NCBI GenBank assembly: GCA_963751455.1 | Contig: CAVVUN010000008.1 | Coordinates: 1 to 64,000, forward strand | Direction of reading: 5' to 3' | Source: Nitrospirota bacterium | Lineage (GTDB): Bacteria > Nitrospirota > UBA9217 | Length of the DNA: 64,000 nucleotides | Part shown: one piece after another, positions 11,180 to 22,614 of the stretch | How the letters are laid out: each line of letters begins with the position of its first letter | How positions within the stretch are numbered: position 1 is the stretch's first letter | The notes under the pieces: generated by a model | The model's input: only the letters and a program-made list of their open reading frames with translations | Told to the model about the DNA's origin: nothing | Databases searched by the model: none | Program-made: the position numbers and the translations under genes

Positions 11180-13415
11180 TTACATGGTCCTGAACGGATT
11201 CGGTCCGATCTCTCTGATCCTTGTAGCAAACTCATTGAGCATGTCCGGCAGTTTATCATACTCGTTGATGGCCACCTGCATCAGCTGGACGCGTTCGGAC
11301 TCGAGCTGGAGCCGGTTCAGGGTCTCACTCACCTTGCTGAAGCGGGTGTTCGCGAGCTCGCTGCCCTTGACGAAGTGGCACTGATAGTTCTCCCCGTACT
11401 TGCAGCCCAGGAGCAGCATACCGTCGGCGCCCTTGGACAGCGCGTCGGCAACCCACACCAGGTTCATGCCGCCCAGGCACCGCATGGAAATGAACCGGAA
11501 TGCCGGATCGATCTTCTTTCCGGCAATAGCCGCAGTGTCGAGCGCCGGGTAGGAGTCGTTCTCGCAGACCAGGCAGATGATCGTCGGCTTGTCCTCATCA
11601 TCGGAGTATTCCACAGACTTGAGCATGGAGCCCACGATGTCGACGCTGTAGTCCTTGAAGGAAACGATGCGTTCCGGGCAGGCGCCCATGCAGGTTCCGC
11701 AGCGACGGCAGCGGTTGATATTGTATTTCGGAATGCCCTTCTCGTCCTCATCGATGGCGCCGAAAGGACATTCTTCCGTGCACCGCTTGCAGGCCGTGCA
11801 CTTGATCAGCATCGGATCGGGATAGGTCACGTCCCAGGCGCGGGGATGAACGGCAACGCCGCGCGACGCGTGGTCGATGGCCTGGATCGCCTTGAAAGCC
11901 GCGCCTGCCGCGTCTTCCTGCGCCTCTGCCATGTTCATGGGCTGATGCACGCTTCCTGCCGCGTAGATGCCCGTTCTTCTGGTTTCATACTGGAAGCAGA
12001 TAAAGTTGGAGTCGGCAAAGCCCGCTGCTCCTTCGAGGGTCGGGATCTCGGGTCCCTGACGATAGCCGAGGTTCAGGATATAATCCGGCTTCGGGGTCTG
12101 CTCAAGATAGTTCTTTTTGGCCTCGTCGCCGCCTCCCGCTGCTGCTGTAAGCCCGTCGGCATATGCCTGGGGACCAAGGGTCGTGGGGACCATTCCGGCA
12201 GCAAGGACCACGAGGTCGGCTTCTATCTTCACCTTCTCGCCGGTCTTCGTGCCGAACAGGGTATTCTCCATCTCGACGAACATGTTGCCGTTCCCGGCAT
12301 CGGAAACGCCGGTCACATCAGCCTTGGAGAGCATCACGCCCGGATTGTTCTGGGCTGCTTTATAGTAGAGCTCGGTCCTGCCCGGGGTCCGGATGTCCTT
12401 GTAGAAGATCATGGCAAGGGCATCTTCGTTCTGCCGGACGTACTGGGCCTGCTTGAGCGACGTGGCGCAGCACATGCCGGAGCAGTAGGCAAGATGATTC
12501 GGATCGCGCTGGCCGGCGCACTGGATGAAGGCGACTTTCGTCGCCGGCTTGCCGTCGGAAGGCCGGAGCAGTTTGCCGTTGTTCTTCTTGGCGATCTCCT
12601 CGAGCTCCATGTTGGTCACGACGTTCTTGAACTTGCCGTACCCGAGATAATCGAGCTTGTTCGCGTCATAGGGCTTCCAGCCGGTGGCCATCACAATGGC
12701 GCCGATCTTCATGGTCTCGCCGTTCGAAAGCGTCACGTTGTACAGGCCGGGCTGGCCGTCGGTCTTGGAGACCGTCGTCGACTTGTACACCTTGATGTTC
12801 GGGTTGCTCTCGACCTCGCTCACGGTCTTGTTGATGTCGGTATCGACGATCAGGGGCTTGTTGTCATAGGAGCCGGTCGGGATCTTTTTGTAGAGCTTGT
12901 TCACGAGGCCGCCGAGCTGGGCATCCTTTTCGACGAGCACCACTTTGCTGCCGGCGCCCGCTGCCGAAAGGGCCGCGGTCATGCCCGCGATGCCGCCGCC
13001 GATGACCAGGATCGTGCTGTCCAGGTCGGGGAGGATATTCGGTTCAGGCAGTTCGCTTTTCTGGACCTTCACGATGCCCATGTTGAGGTAATCGTAGGCT
13101 GCATCGTTCGTTGCATCCGTGTTCGGCTCCATGGTCCAGGCAACGAACTCGCGGATATTGGCGCGCTCGACGAGGACTCCGGGGAAGGTGAATTCGGCCG
13201 ACTTTTGCCCGGGGCGAGCAGGCCGCGATCACGATCGTATTGATGCCGTCGTTGGTGATGTCGTTCTTGATCAGCTGCACGCCCTCGGGGCTGCAGAGCG
13301 CATCATGGAACTTGTAGTTCTGGACCTTCTTTGCGGCGCCGGCGACCTTCTCGACGTCCATCGCCTCCTTGATGCCGCATCCCTTACAGATATATACGCA
13401 GTATTTCTTCTCCAT
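11180..13415 (-). CDS. qmoB: QmoB (HdrA-like FAD/Fe-S protein with C-terminal MvhD-like domain); apparent +1 frameshift near 13204
   Basis: VYICKGCGI, IAACSPR, ILVIGGGIAGMTAA, FIQCAGQRD...YCSGMCC, CTACKRCTEECP, CRRCGTCMGACP, MRCLG...GCKYGENYQCHF. Confidence 0.93.
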
Positions 13416-13417
13416 CC

Positions 13418-14670
13418 TTATTTCCTCCTCAAGCTCTGGATGCTCTTCATGACAACACCGGTAGCATCCTGCGCGGACCGCGCCACATCAACGGGGGTCT
13501 TGAGCGTCCCGGTGGCATAGATGCCTTTCGGGAGCGTTGCCTGGTCCACGAACCCGTCTTCGGTGACCTTAACGCCTGCGCCCGCGAGCGAACTCGCCGT
13601 CGGCTGCATGCCCGTCGCAAGCACGACCATTTCGAAGGTCTCGGTGATCTTGCCGCCGCCGTGGATGTCCTCGGCCGTGACCTTCACATCGCCGTTCTCA
13701 CCCTGCTCGATCTTCGCGACCTTGCCCTTGAGGAAGGACACGTTCTGGTCTTGTTTGATCTTGGTATAGAACCGGTTCTCGTAGAGTCCGGGAGTTCTGA
13801 TATCGATGTAGAAGATCTTGACCTTGGAATCGGGATACATTTCCCTGACATAGGTCGCCTGCTTCAGCGAGGCCAGGCAGCAGATGTAGGAGCAATGGGC
13901 CAGATGGTTCTCGTCGCGGGAGCCTGCGCACTGCACGAAAGCGATGTTCTTCACTTCCTTGCCGTCCGAGGGACGAACGATCTTGCCGCCCGTGGGGCCG
14001 TTCGGGCGCCGCGATGCGCTCCATCATCATGTTCGTGACCACATTCTGGACCTTGCCGAAGGAGAGGTTGTCCATCTTCGTGGCGTCGTAGGGGTTCCAG
14101 CCGGTCGCCATCACAACCGCGCCGACCTTCACGGTCTTGGTCTCGGGCTTCATGTTCAGATCGATGGCGCCGTAGGCGCAGGCCGAAACGCACTTGGCGC
14201 AGGATGAGCCCTTGCATGCCTTCCCGTCGATCACGTACTGGAGCGGGAATGCCTGGACATGGGGAAGGTACGCCGCCTTGGTCTTGCTCATGCCGAAGTC
14301 GAAGTCGTTCGACCGCTCTTCGGGGCAGGCCTCGGTGCACTTGTTGCAGCCCGTGCACTTCTCGTTCACGAACCGCGGCTGCGTCTTGATGGTAACTTCG
14401 AAGTTGCCTTCGGAACCCGGAGATCTTCTCCACCTCCGCCATGGTCATGATCGTGACCTGGCCGTTGTTCTTGATCCGCTTGTACTGGATCTCGAGACCG
14501 CAGTTCGGCGGGCACATCTTCCAGAAATACTTGTTCAGCTGCGTCACCCGGCCGCCGAGATAGGGGTTCTTTTCCACGATGATGACATCGGAGCCGGTTT
14601 CCGCGGCTTCCACTGCTGCCGTGAGGCCGCTGAAGCCTCCGCCGACAACCAACACCTTATTTTCCGCCAT
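13418..14670 (-). CDS. qmoA: QmoA (HdrA-like flavoprotein); apparent +1 frameshifts near 14417 and 14005
   Basis: VLVVGGGFSGLTAA, KMCPPNCGLEI, CTGCNKCTEACP, FVQCAGSRDENHLAHCSYICCLASLKQ across three ORFs. Confidence 0.93.
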
Positions 14671-14727
14671 AATAATCTATTCCTCCTTAAGGCAGTGAAC
14701 CTGAATCAGACTATACGTACAGTGAAT

Positions 14728-14814
14728 AATGTAAATTGGAAATTGGAAATTTTAAATGCGATCAAGAGGAGTTAACAAGGATGAGTTTAAAATTTGCAAT
14801 TTGCAATTTGCAAT
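14728..14814. repeat. Heptamer tandem repeats in inverted orientation between aprA and qmoA
   Basis: AAATTGG-AAATTGG-AAATTTT left arm; AATTTGC x3 right arm. Confidence 0.75.
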
Positions 14815-14819
14815 AAAGT

Positions 14820-14845
14820 TCCGGGGAGGGTTGCCCCTCCCCGGA
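14820..14845 (-). terminator. GC-rich hairpin after aprA (terminator or mRNA stabiliser)
   Basis: TCCGGGGAGGG/CCCTCCCCGGA 11-bp stem followed by ACTTTATT on the minus strand. Confidence 0.7.
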
Positions 14846-14858
14846 GGTGTGAATGTTC

Positions 14859-16903
14859 TTAATGTTTTACAGGAGCTGCGTCCTCAACAAGCTGGACGTA
14901 GGGAACCTTCTTGACTTCCCACTTGTCGGTCGCCTGGTCGTACTTCGAGTTCACGAAGCACTTCCAGTTGTTGTCGTCGACCAGGTCGAAGTCGCCGCGA
15001 TAGTAGTAGCCGGGATAGCGCGACTCTTCCCGGAACAGGATGTGACGTGCATGGGCTTCCACGGACAGAATGCGGTGATAGTTCTCCCAGCAGCGCATCA
15101 GTTCGTGCAGGTTGCTTGCAGCCATCTTGGAGGTGTCTTCCTTCAGGACTCTGGAGCTTTTTGAGGCCTTCATCCAGCATGGTCTTGGAGGTCATGTACC
15201 AGGTGCGAGATGCCGCCAAAGTACTCGTCGGCGATCTTCTGCAGACGGGTCTGGAGCATCTTCGGCTTGATGTAGTTCGGGTTGATCTCCGGAGCCGTGG
15301 TGTGGTTCTTGTACTTCTCGTACACCTCGAACGGCAGATAGAGCTCGGCAGCCAGATGGTCTGCGGTCTCTTTGATCGTCGGGGTGTAGCCCGGGTTGTC
15401 GAGCAGGAACGCGATCGCGTTCTTTGCAGCGATACGGCCTTCTGCATGCGAACCGGAGGAGAACTTGTGGCCGGAAGCGCCGCAGATGTCGCCGCACATG
15501 AAGAGGCCCTTCACGGTCGACTGACGGTTGTAGTTGCCGGCAATCCACTTCTTGTTCCACTCTTCGGGAGCGCCCACATCATCGGGACCGCAGCACCAGA
15601 AGCCTGCGCAGCCCGCATGCGAACCGAGGAGATAAGGCTCGGTCGGCATGATTTCGGACGGAACCTTGTCCGGCTCGACGTTCTTGCGCAGCCCAGAGGC
15701 CGGCCTGGCCGATGGCCATATCGAGGAAGTCTTCCCATGCTTCTGCCTCGAGGTGCTTCACCTTCTTGGCGCCTTCTTTGTCGCCGAGCTTTTCCTTGAA
15801 GGTCTTGTTGATCGCTGCCATGGCTTCGTCGGTCCTCATGAGGATCGGGCCTTTGCCGAGCTTCATGTCGCGCATCATCAGGTGGTTGCGGATGGCAGTG
15901 CCGAGGTTATCGACATACTTGCCGTACTTCGCCTTGGCTTCTGCCAGTGCTTCGGCCTTGGCGCAATAGTCTTCGCCGAGGCTGTTGGTCGCCTTTGCCT
16001 TGAAGAACAGGAACCAGGCGCCCACCGGGCCGTAGCCGTCCTTGAAGCGGGCGGGCACGAAGCGGTTTTCCATCATGGTCAGCTCTGCGCCGGCCTGCAG
16101 GCCGAGAGCATAACCGGAACCGGAGTTCCATACCGGATACCAGGCACGGCCCTGGCCTTCCTGGGTCGACCGGGGACGGAACACGTTGACCGCGCCGCCG
16201 GCTGCCAGCACCATGGCCTTTGCCTTGAAGATGTAGATCTTGTTCTCACGAACGCTGAAACCGGCTGCTGCTGCAACCCTGTTGGGCTCCTTGGCATCGT
16301 TGTAGAGCTTCACGATGAACACGCGCTCGTAGTGGTTCGTGGCAACACCGGTTGCCTCGCGGTTGGTCTGCGAGGGCCTCTCTTTGCGGCTTCCGCAACG
16401 ATCACCTTGTAGGACTCGCCGTTGATCATGATCTGCCACTTGCCGGAGCGGACCGGCTTGCCGCCGTCCTTCAGCATGACCTTTCCTGCTTCCTTTGCCT
16501 GGAAACCGTCGAGGGAGAAGCCGTCGTCGCCCACTTTCCAGATCGGAAGGCCCCACTCCTCGAAGAGCTGCACGGAATCATCAACGTGACGGCCGAGGTC
16601 ATAGACCAGGTCTTCGCGGATGATGCCCATGAGGTCGTTCCGTACCATCTTTACATAGTCCGCCGGATCGTTCTCACCCATGTAGGTGTTGATCGCCGAC
16701 AGACCCATGGCAACCGCGCCGGACCGGTCGGTCGCGGCCTTGTCCACCATGGTGATCTTGATCTTCTTGGGGTTTGCCCAGCGTGCGCCTTCGAACGCCG
16801 CGCCGCAGCAAGCCATACCGCCGCCGATGAGGAGGAGATCGGTCTCTATTTCTTCGATCGCCGGCTTCTTGCAGAATGAAAAGTTACATGTCTCTTTTTC
16901 CAT
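14859..16903 (-). CDS. aprA: Adenylylsulfate (APS) reductase alpha subunit; about five apparent single-base insertions
   Basis: DRSGAVAMGLSAINTY, GKWQIMINGESYK, GRAWYPVWNSGS, RFKDGYGPVGAWFL, MPTEPYLLGSHAG, GHKFSSGSHAEGR, FREESRYPGYYYR. Confidence 0.96.
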
Positions 16904-16917
16904 TAGTCGTATCCTCC

Positions 16918-17349
16918 TTATTTCTTGATTACCGGCATCGGCTTCGACGTGGTGAAGTAGCCCGGCTGTTTGAGTTTTGCCATGTCCGCTTCAGGCTTGC
17001 CCTTGTAGGGATCGACCGAGCCTTCTGCAGTGGTCCTGATCGGGAACTTGAAGCGCTTCAGGAGCCCGTTTCGGAACTTGATGGTCCACATGATGGAATC
17101 CGTACCCCGCATCGGGATAACGTTTGCACCCAGGGGGGCGAAATCCTGGTAGGCCCGGATCTCGATCGCCTGCTGCGGGCAGATCTTAACGCAGTTGTAG
17201 CACTCCCAGCACTGGTCAGGCTCCTGGTTGTAGGCCTTCATGAGATCCCTGTTCAGGGTCATGAGGTCGTTCGGGCAGATATACTGGCAAGCAGTCTTAT
17301 CTTGCGCCTTGCAGCCGTCACACTTCTCTGTAATTACATAACTCGGCAT
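16918..17349 (-). CDS. aprB: APS reductase beta subunit
   Basis: MPSYV...CDGCKAQDKTACQYICPNDLM, CWECYNCVKICPQ, SIMWTIKFRNG...KRFKFPIRTT. Confidence 0.98.
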   Translation of the reverse strand: MPSYVITEKCDGCKAQDKTACQYICPNDLMTLNRDLMKAYNQEPDQCWECYNCVKICPQQAIEIRAYQDFAPLGANVIPMRGTDSIMWTIKFRNGLLKRFKFPIRTTAEGSVDPYKGKPEADMAKLKQPGYFTTSKPMPVIKK

Positions 17350-17412
17350 GTTGCTGAACCTCCTATCGTTAGATTGAAATGAACTGCTTTCGCAGTTGTA
17401 AACGTGCGTACC

Positions 17413-18651
17413 CTACTTCTGCGTATGCGTGCCTTCCGCGTGGCTGTGGAGCTTGATCTCCACTTTCGTGGTAAGGCCGGCATAGTATTTCTTGAGGATC
17501 TCGAGCACTTCGGGGCGGCTGAAGTGATCCGGAACGTTCTCACCCTCGGAAAGCATCTTCCGGAGCTTGGTGCCGGAGAGCATAAGCCGGTCTTCCTTCT
17601 GATGAGGGCAGGTCCTCATGGAGGCCATGCCGTCGCACTTGAAGCAGTAGAACGTATGGTCGATCTTGAGCGGCTGGGTCTCGAGTGCGCCCTCGGGAAT
17701 CTCGTCGAAGATCTTCTGCGCATCGAACGGGCCGTAATAGTCGCCCACGCCGGCATGGTCGCGGCCGACGATGAGGTGGCTGCAGCCGAAATTCTGGCGG
17801 AAGAGCGCATGGAGAAGCGCTTCACGGGGTCCGGCATAGCGCATTTCCATGGGATAGCCGCTCTGGATGGAGGAATCCTTCACAAAGTACTTGTCCATGA
17901 GAGTGTTGATGGCGTCCGCGCGGACATCCGCCGGAATATCGCCTTCTTTGAGCTTGCCCAGGATCTGGTGGATCAGAACGCCGTCCATGGTCTCGATCGC
18001 GATCTTGGCAAGATACTCATGCGAGCGATGCATGGGGTTTCTGGTCTGGAATGCTGCGATCGTGCTCCAGCCCTTTTCCTCGAACATCTTGCGGGTCTCG
18101 ACGGGCTTCATGTATATGCCCTTGAACTGGGTCGGGAAATGGGCTTCGGAGAGGACCTTAACCGGACCGGCCAGGTTCACTTCGGGCTGACCCATGACCT
18201 TCTGAACGCCCGGGTGACCGGCAACATCGACCGTGCGAAAGATCTGCTTGCACTCGTGTTCCTTGTCCGCCTGGGACATGGCATACTTCTCGGCCACTTT
18301 CATCGTGGCCATGATCGTGCCGGATTCCTCGTCAACGAGCGTGATTTCTTCATTCTTCTTGAGCGAGTTGGCAAACTCGGCGGATGCCGAGAGCGTCACC
18401 GGGACGGGCCAGAACGTGCCGTCCGCCATTTTGTACTTGTCGCACACGCCCTTCCAGTCCTTCTTCGTCATGAAGCCGGTGAGTGGCGTGAAGGCGCCGA
18501 TGCCCATCATGACGAGGTCTGCTGTCTCGCGCGATGAGATCTTGAGCTGCTTCAGGGTTTTGGCCTTCTTCAGTTCTCTCTGAAGGCCCGCCCCCTCGAG
18601 AAGAAGCGGCATGAGCTTCTTCCGTTTTCCGTGAGGCTTTACCAGTGCCAT
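17413..18651 (-). CDS. sat: Sulfate adenylyltransferase (dissimilatory type)
   Basis: [56 protein letters not shown]. Confidence 0.98.
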   Translation of the reverse strand: MALVKPHGKRKKLMPLLLEGAGLQRELKKAKTLKQLKISSRETADLVMMGIGAFTPLTGFMTKKDWKGVCDKYKMADGTFWPVPVTLSASAEFANSLKKNEEITLVDEESGTIMATMKVAEKYAMSQADKEHECKQIFRTVDVAGHPGVQKVMGQPEVNLAGPVKVLSEAHFPTQFKGIYMKPVETRKMFEEKGWSTIAAFQTRNPMHRSHEYLAKIAIETMDGVLIHQILGKLKEGDIPADVRADAINTLMDKYFVKDSSIQSGYPMEMRYAGPREALLHALFRQNFGCSHLIVGRDHAGVGDYYGPFDAQKIFDEIPEGALETQPLKIDHTFYCFKCDGMASMRTCPHQKEDRLMLSGTKLRKMLSEGENVPDHFSRPEVLEILKKYYAGLTTKVEIKLHSHAEGTHTQK

Positions 18652-18738
18652 ATCTGTTTCCTCCTTAAAAGAATTTTAAAAATATGATGTCTCCGGAAAT
18701 AGGTCCAATACATCCCATAGGAGCTATTGTGATTCTTG

Positions 18739-19389
18739 TTATTTGCCGAGAACGGCCGTAACCTTGTTGAAGATGTCATTGATGCTGCCCACGCCCATGA
18801 CGGTCTTCATGATGTTTTTCCTGGAATAATAATCGATGAGCGGCGATGTCTGCTTCTGGTATACGTCGAGCCGCTTCTTTATAGTCTCTTCCTTGTCATC
18901 ATCCCGCTGGAAAAGCTGGCCCCCGCACTTGTCGCACACACCGTCCTTCTTCGAGGGTGAAAAATAGATATTGTACATCTGCTGGCAACCTTTGCAGGTC
19001 CTGCGGCCGGTCAGCCGCTTCAGGAGGTCGTTCATGTCAACATCGATATTAAGGGCAACAGTGATGGGAATACCATTGCTGGTAAGTATCTTATCGAGTG
19101 ATTCTGCCTGTGCGGTGTTGCGCGGAAAGCCATCGAGGATAAACCCGTTCCGCGTATCGGGCTGCTTAAGGCGCTCTTCGACAAGGCCAAGAACGATCTT
19201 GTCCGAAACAAGCCCTCCCTGGTCCATGATGACCTTCGCTTCTTTTCCGAGCGGCGTTCCGTCCGCAACCGCTTTGCGGAGAATGTCTCCGGTGGAAATC
19301 TGCGGAATCTTATACTTCTCGATCAACATCTTCGCCTGCGTGCCTTTGCCGGCACCCGGCGCTCCGAGCAGGACAACTCTCTTGGCCAT
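18739..19389 (-). CDS. adk: Adenylate kinase with Zn-binding LID
   Basis: LLGAPGAGKGTQA, ISTGDILR, GFILDGFPR, CxxC...CxxC LID, QRDDD. Confidence 0.98.
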   Translation of the reverse strand: MAKRVVLLGAPGAGKGTQAKMLIEKYKIPQISTGDILRKAVADGTPLGKEAKVIMDQGGLVSDKIVLGLVEERLKQPDTRNGFILDGFPRNTAQAESLDKILTSNGIPITVALNIDVDMNDLLKRLTGRRTCKGCQQMYNIYFSPSKKDGVCDKCGGQLFQRDDDKEETIKKRLDVYQKQTSPLIDYYSRKNIMKTVMGVGSINDIFNKVTAVLGK

Positions 19390-19533
19390 CGTGGTGATCC
19401 TCCTAGATTAGAGAATGATAGAGAGAAAAGACGGAAGGCGTACTAAGGCCTTCGAAACTTTTTGACCGGCCTATAATCGTTTAAATGGAGTTAATTTTCA
19501 AGTTAAAAATAATAATTTCAATATTAGTTTTGT

Positions 19534-20136
19534 TTATAAAAGGGGGGAATCATGCAGAAAATTGCGAATTTTTTCGAGAGCTTGTCCTCTATGGCTTAAT
19601 TTATCTTTTTCCTCACCTGTCATCTCCGCAAAGGTCTTCAGGTGTCCGTCAGGAATAAAGACCGGATCGTATCCAAAACCGGTTTTTCCCTTAGGTTCCA
19701 GCGCGATGCGGCCCTTGGAATAACCGAAGAAAATTTTTGTTGCCCGATCCGGAAAGGCCAAGGCCATGCAGCAGACAAATTGAGCTGTACGTTTCTCGGA
19801 AGGCATATTTTGCATGTCTGATAACAATTTTTCATAATTCCTGATGTCATTGCCGCCAGCCCCCCCGCCTGCATAGCGGGCCGAATAGACCCCGGGCGCG
19901 CCGCCGAGAGCATCCACTTCAAGCCCGGAGTCGTCGGCAAGGGCCGGCTTGCCGGTACATTTGCAGACTTCAACGGCTTTCTTAACCGCATTGCCCTCGA
20001 AGGTATCTTTATCCTCGAGAACCTCAGGGCAGTCCGGGAAGTGGTCGAGCGATAATACCTCTATCGGCAGATCAGCCGTTATTCGCCTGATCTCTTCGAT
20101 CTTTTTTTTATTTCTGGTAGCGAGAACGATTTCCAT
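19534..20136 (-). CDS. rdgB: Non-canonical purine NTP pyrophosphatase (RdgB/HAM1)
   Basis: [50 protein letters not shown]. Confidence 0.97.
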   Translation of the reverse strand: MEIVLATRNKKKIEEIRRITADLPIEVLSLDHFPDCPEVLEDKDTFEGNAVKKAVEVCKCTGKPALADDSGLEVDALGGAPGVYSARYAGGGAGGNDIRNYEKLLSDMQNMPSEKRTAQFVCCMALAFPDRATKIFFGYSKGRIALEPKGKTGFGYDPVFIPDGHLKTFAEMTGEEKDKLSHRGQALEKIRNFLHDSPLL

Positions 20137-20407
20137 AGAACCTCAAACCTAATTTAACCATACCCTGCTCTCGCGCCGAGTGCACAGCCTGCATTCACCG
20201 ATTTGGATAATTATCTAGACTCATTGTCGTACCATCTCGCGAAGGATCGCGAGACGGGAATCAAGGGCCTCATAAGCGCTGGCCGCAGGCTCGAAATAGC
20301 TGGGTGCACGAGGACTGAATACAGCTGGGCACGGAAGCCACTGTGATAGTCCTAGAGAAAAAGGAGCGGCTACACTATCACAGATGACGGAGTTTTGCAA
20401 GAAGCGA

Positions 20408-21412
20408 TCAATTTTCGAGGGATCCTGCCGGAAAGTTCTTACTGTTTTTGACGGGCGCGAGTACTTCTTTCGCCTTCATGATATCCGTTATGGTTTCGTT
20501 CACGGGGACCGCGATTCCCTTTTGCCTTGCCAGCCTGACGATTGCGCCGTTCAGAGCGTCGATTTCGAGCCGCTTGCGGGCCTTGACATCATAGTACATT
20601 GAAGGAAAATGCGCTGCCGTGGGCGGAACGAGCTTCGTGTAGAAATGAGTTTTATATTCATCCGGTGATTTCCAGTTCAGCGGTATTCCATGGGCCTTTG
20701 CAACAAGGAAGATCTCGTCGATAACCGCATTCATGATACGGCGCGCATCACTGTTGCCCGCCAGCTCTCCATAGGTGCATTCGAGGACCGCGCCGAGCGG
20801 ATTCAGCGCCGAGTTGTAGAGTATCTTGTCCCAGAGGATCGCCTCTATGTCGGGTGCATAACGCGTCGGTATTCCGGCACTGCTGAATGTGTCTGCGATT
20901 TTCTGAACACGGGAGACAGCGATGGAGTGCTGGGGCTGGCCGATCCTGACATCATCGGCAATGACTGTAACCTCGGCTTTTCCTTGAGCATGCAGTTTTG
21001 CGCCGAATATTATTCTGGCGAGGAGCGTATGCTCGCGGCCGACGACCCGGACAATTATCTCGTAGTTGCCGTACCCGTTCTGCGCGGAGATCACAACCGT
21101 GTTCTGACTGACAAGCGGCTTGACCTGCTCGATTGCCGCTTGCGTATCGTACGACTTGACCGTAACGATAATAATGTCGAACCGTTTCTCTTTAAGCGGG
21201 TCGATGCCGCTGTAAATGCCGTCAAGCAATGCCTGGTGGTCACCCCAGATGCCGGTAAGCGATACGCTTCCGTCCCGAAAAGATGCGAGGTACTTTTCCC
21301 GGGTAAGTGCAAAAACCGTGTGTCCGGCTTTCTTCAGAAGACCGGCAAAAACAGTGCCCACGGCGCCTAAGCCGGTGATGAGAATAGTATATGAAGGAGA
21401 TACCGGATTCAT
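20408..21412 (-). CDS. panE: 2-dehydropantoate 2-reductase (ketopantoate reductase family)
   Basis: GLGAVG, VTVKSYD, SAQNG, LWDKILYNSALNPL, PSMYYD...LEIDALNG. Confidence 0.92.
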   Translation of the reverse strand: MNPVSPSYTILITGLGAVGTVFAGLLKKAGHTVFALTREKYLASFRDGSVSLTGIWGDHQALLDGIYSGIDPLKEKRFDIIIVTVKSYDTQAAIEQVKPLVSQNTVVISAQNGYGNYEIIVRVVGREHTLLARIIFGAKLHAQGKAEVTVIADDVRIGQPQHSIAVSRVQKIADTFSSAGIPTRYAPDIEAILWDKILYNSALNPLGAVLECTYGELAGNSDARRIMNAVIDEIFLVAKAHGIPLNWKSPDEYKTHFYTKLVPPTAAHFPSMYYDVKARKRLEIDALNGAIVRLARQKGIAVPVNETITDIMKAKEVLAPVKNSKNFPAGSLEN

Positions 21413-21468
21413 AGGTGCATGATTCCTGAAAAATAAGCGGGAAATGAAGTAAGCCTAATAAGAGCATT

Positions 21469-21600
21469 TAACCACGGATTAACATGGATAAACATAGATG
21501 GTCAACGACTTAAGATAAGAATAAGAATCACCACTTGGGTAAAGCTTTCGTTTAAAATATCTTATTGATTTAAGATGTTAACCGTGTTCATCTGTGGTTA
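21469..21600. repeat. Miniature inverted-repeat element, same 10-bp-period family as 6166-6338
   Basis: TAACCACGGATTAACATGGATAAACAT vs ATGTTAACCGTGTTCATCTGTGGTTA. Confidence 0.72.
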
Positions 21601-21653
21601 TAACTGTCGTTTCCGGAATAAAAGAAAACGGAAGCAAGAGCAATCCGACGCTT

Positions 21654-22463
21654 TTACAATTTTAACACAATAAAGGCAAGGATCGAGAAAATGACCATGT
21701 CCGCACAGACATGCGCCGCCCAAGGTGCGAGCAACCCCTTCGATCTGTGTCGAATCAGGCCGAGCATGATGCCGTAAAAGAAAGTCATGGCAAGGCCCCA
21801 TGAGCCGTTCGGAAATCCACGGAGATAATGCATCGCGCCGAAGAGCCATGCCTGCACGACGATCGACATTCTGCCCGGCCCGAAAGCGCTGTCGGTCGCG
21901 TGCATAACAACGCCCCGGAATACGAACTCTTCCACAGCCGCGTTTCCGACGGAAAAGCCGAGACCCGCCAGCGGAAAGACCCACAGCGGCATGTCGGGCA
22001 TCCGCCCGAGGTGGCTGGAGAGATCGGGATTTGTTATTCGATACCAGAGGACAAGCCCGCTGCCGGAGAGGAGTATCGTAAAGACGAAGATCGGTCCGAT
22101 GTCCTTCCCGAAGCGCCCGATTCTCAGCCATTCTTGTACTGTCGTGCAGAGCGGCCGGGTGGGAAAAACAATAGCACAATAAATAATGACCGGAACCAGA
22201 AGCCTGAACGGCCACGGATGAAACAAATGAAAAAGAGAAGCGCTCGAAAGCAGCGCGGCAAAGAGCGCGAGATTGAATACCGGCATCTCCCGCCGGGAAA
22301 GCGCGACAGCTGCAAGCATGACCGCGAGCGCTGTGCTCCATGGAGTAAACAAACCCGTGATAAAAAAGATCGAGAGAGAAATAGCGACGACGACCAGGAC
22401 GACGGTACCGAGAGCGGTTGTTCGAACGGGTGGTTGGATTAATCGATGATCGGTAGAGACCAT
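21654..22463 (-). CDS. CPBP (CAAX protease/Abi) family intramembrane metalloprotease
   Basis: Multi-TM; EEFVFRG, LFGAMH, HVCAD motifs. Confidence 0.92.
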   Translation of the reverse strand: MVSTDHRLIQPPVRTTALGTVVLVVVAISLSIFFITGLFTPWSTALAVMLAAVALSRREMPVFNLALFAALLSSASLFHLFHPWPFRLLVPVIIYCAIVFPTRPLCTTVQEWLRIGRFGKDIGPIFVFTILLSGSGLVLWYRITNPDLSSHLGRMPDMPLWVFPLAGLGFSVGNAAVEEFVFRGVVMHATDSAFGPGRMSIVVQAWLFGAMHYLRGFPNGSWGLAMTFFYGIMLGLIRHRSKGLLAPWAAHVCADMVIFSILAFIVLKL

Positions 22464-22614
22464 GATGGTAAGCTATTTTTCTTCAAGACTGTTTGCAGGA
22501 TATTGAAACTTGACGGCAATTGCTAGAGAGCAAAATGATTCTGAATCACAGAATGGCCATGGGCCATACCGCAAATTTGCAATTTGCACTTTGCAATAGA
22601 CTACCCAGCTCCTG

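Noticed and set aside
11078-13243. 721-aa plus-strand ORF and other long antisense ORFs (e.g. 17404-18537, 36379-37515, 41429-42325)
   Set aside because: They are shadows of strongly codon-biased genes on the opposite strand and show no protein motifs.
9864-14670. Selenocysteine readthrough explaining the split HdrA-like ORFs
   Set aside because: The breaks are frame changes, not in-frame TGA codons at Cys positions.
9362-16385. Programmed frameshifting or phase variation in apr/qmo
   Set aside because: The sites share no slippery sequence or long homopolymer and are too numerous; insertion errors explain them more simply.
20160-20345. 6S RNA or a named riboswitch
   Set aside because: No recognisable consensus or usual gene context; kept only as an unnamed candidate structure.
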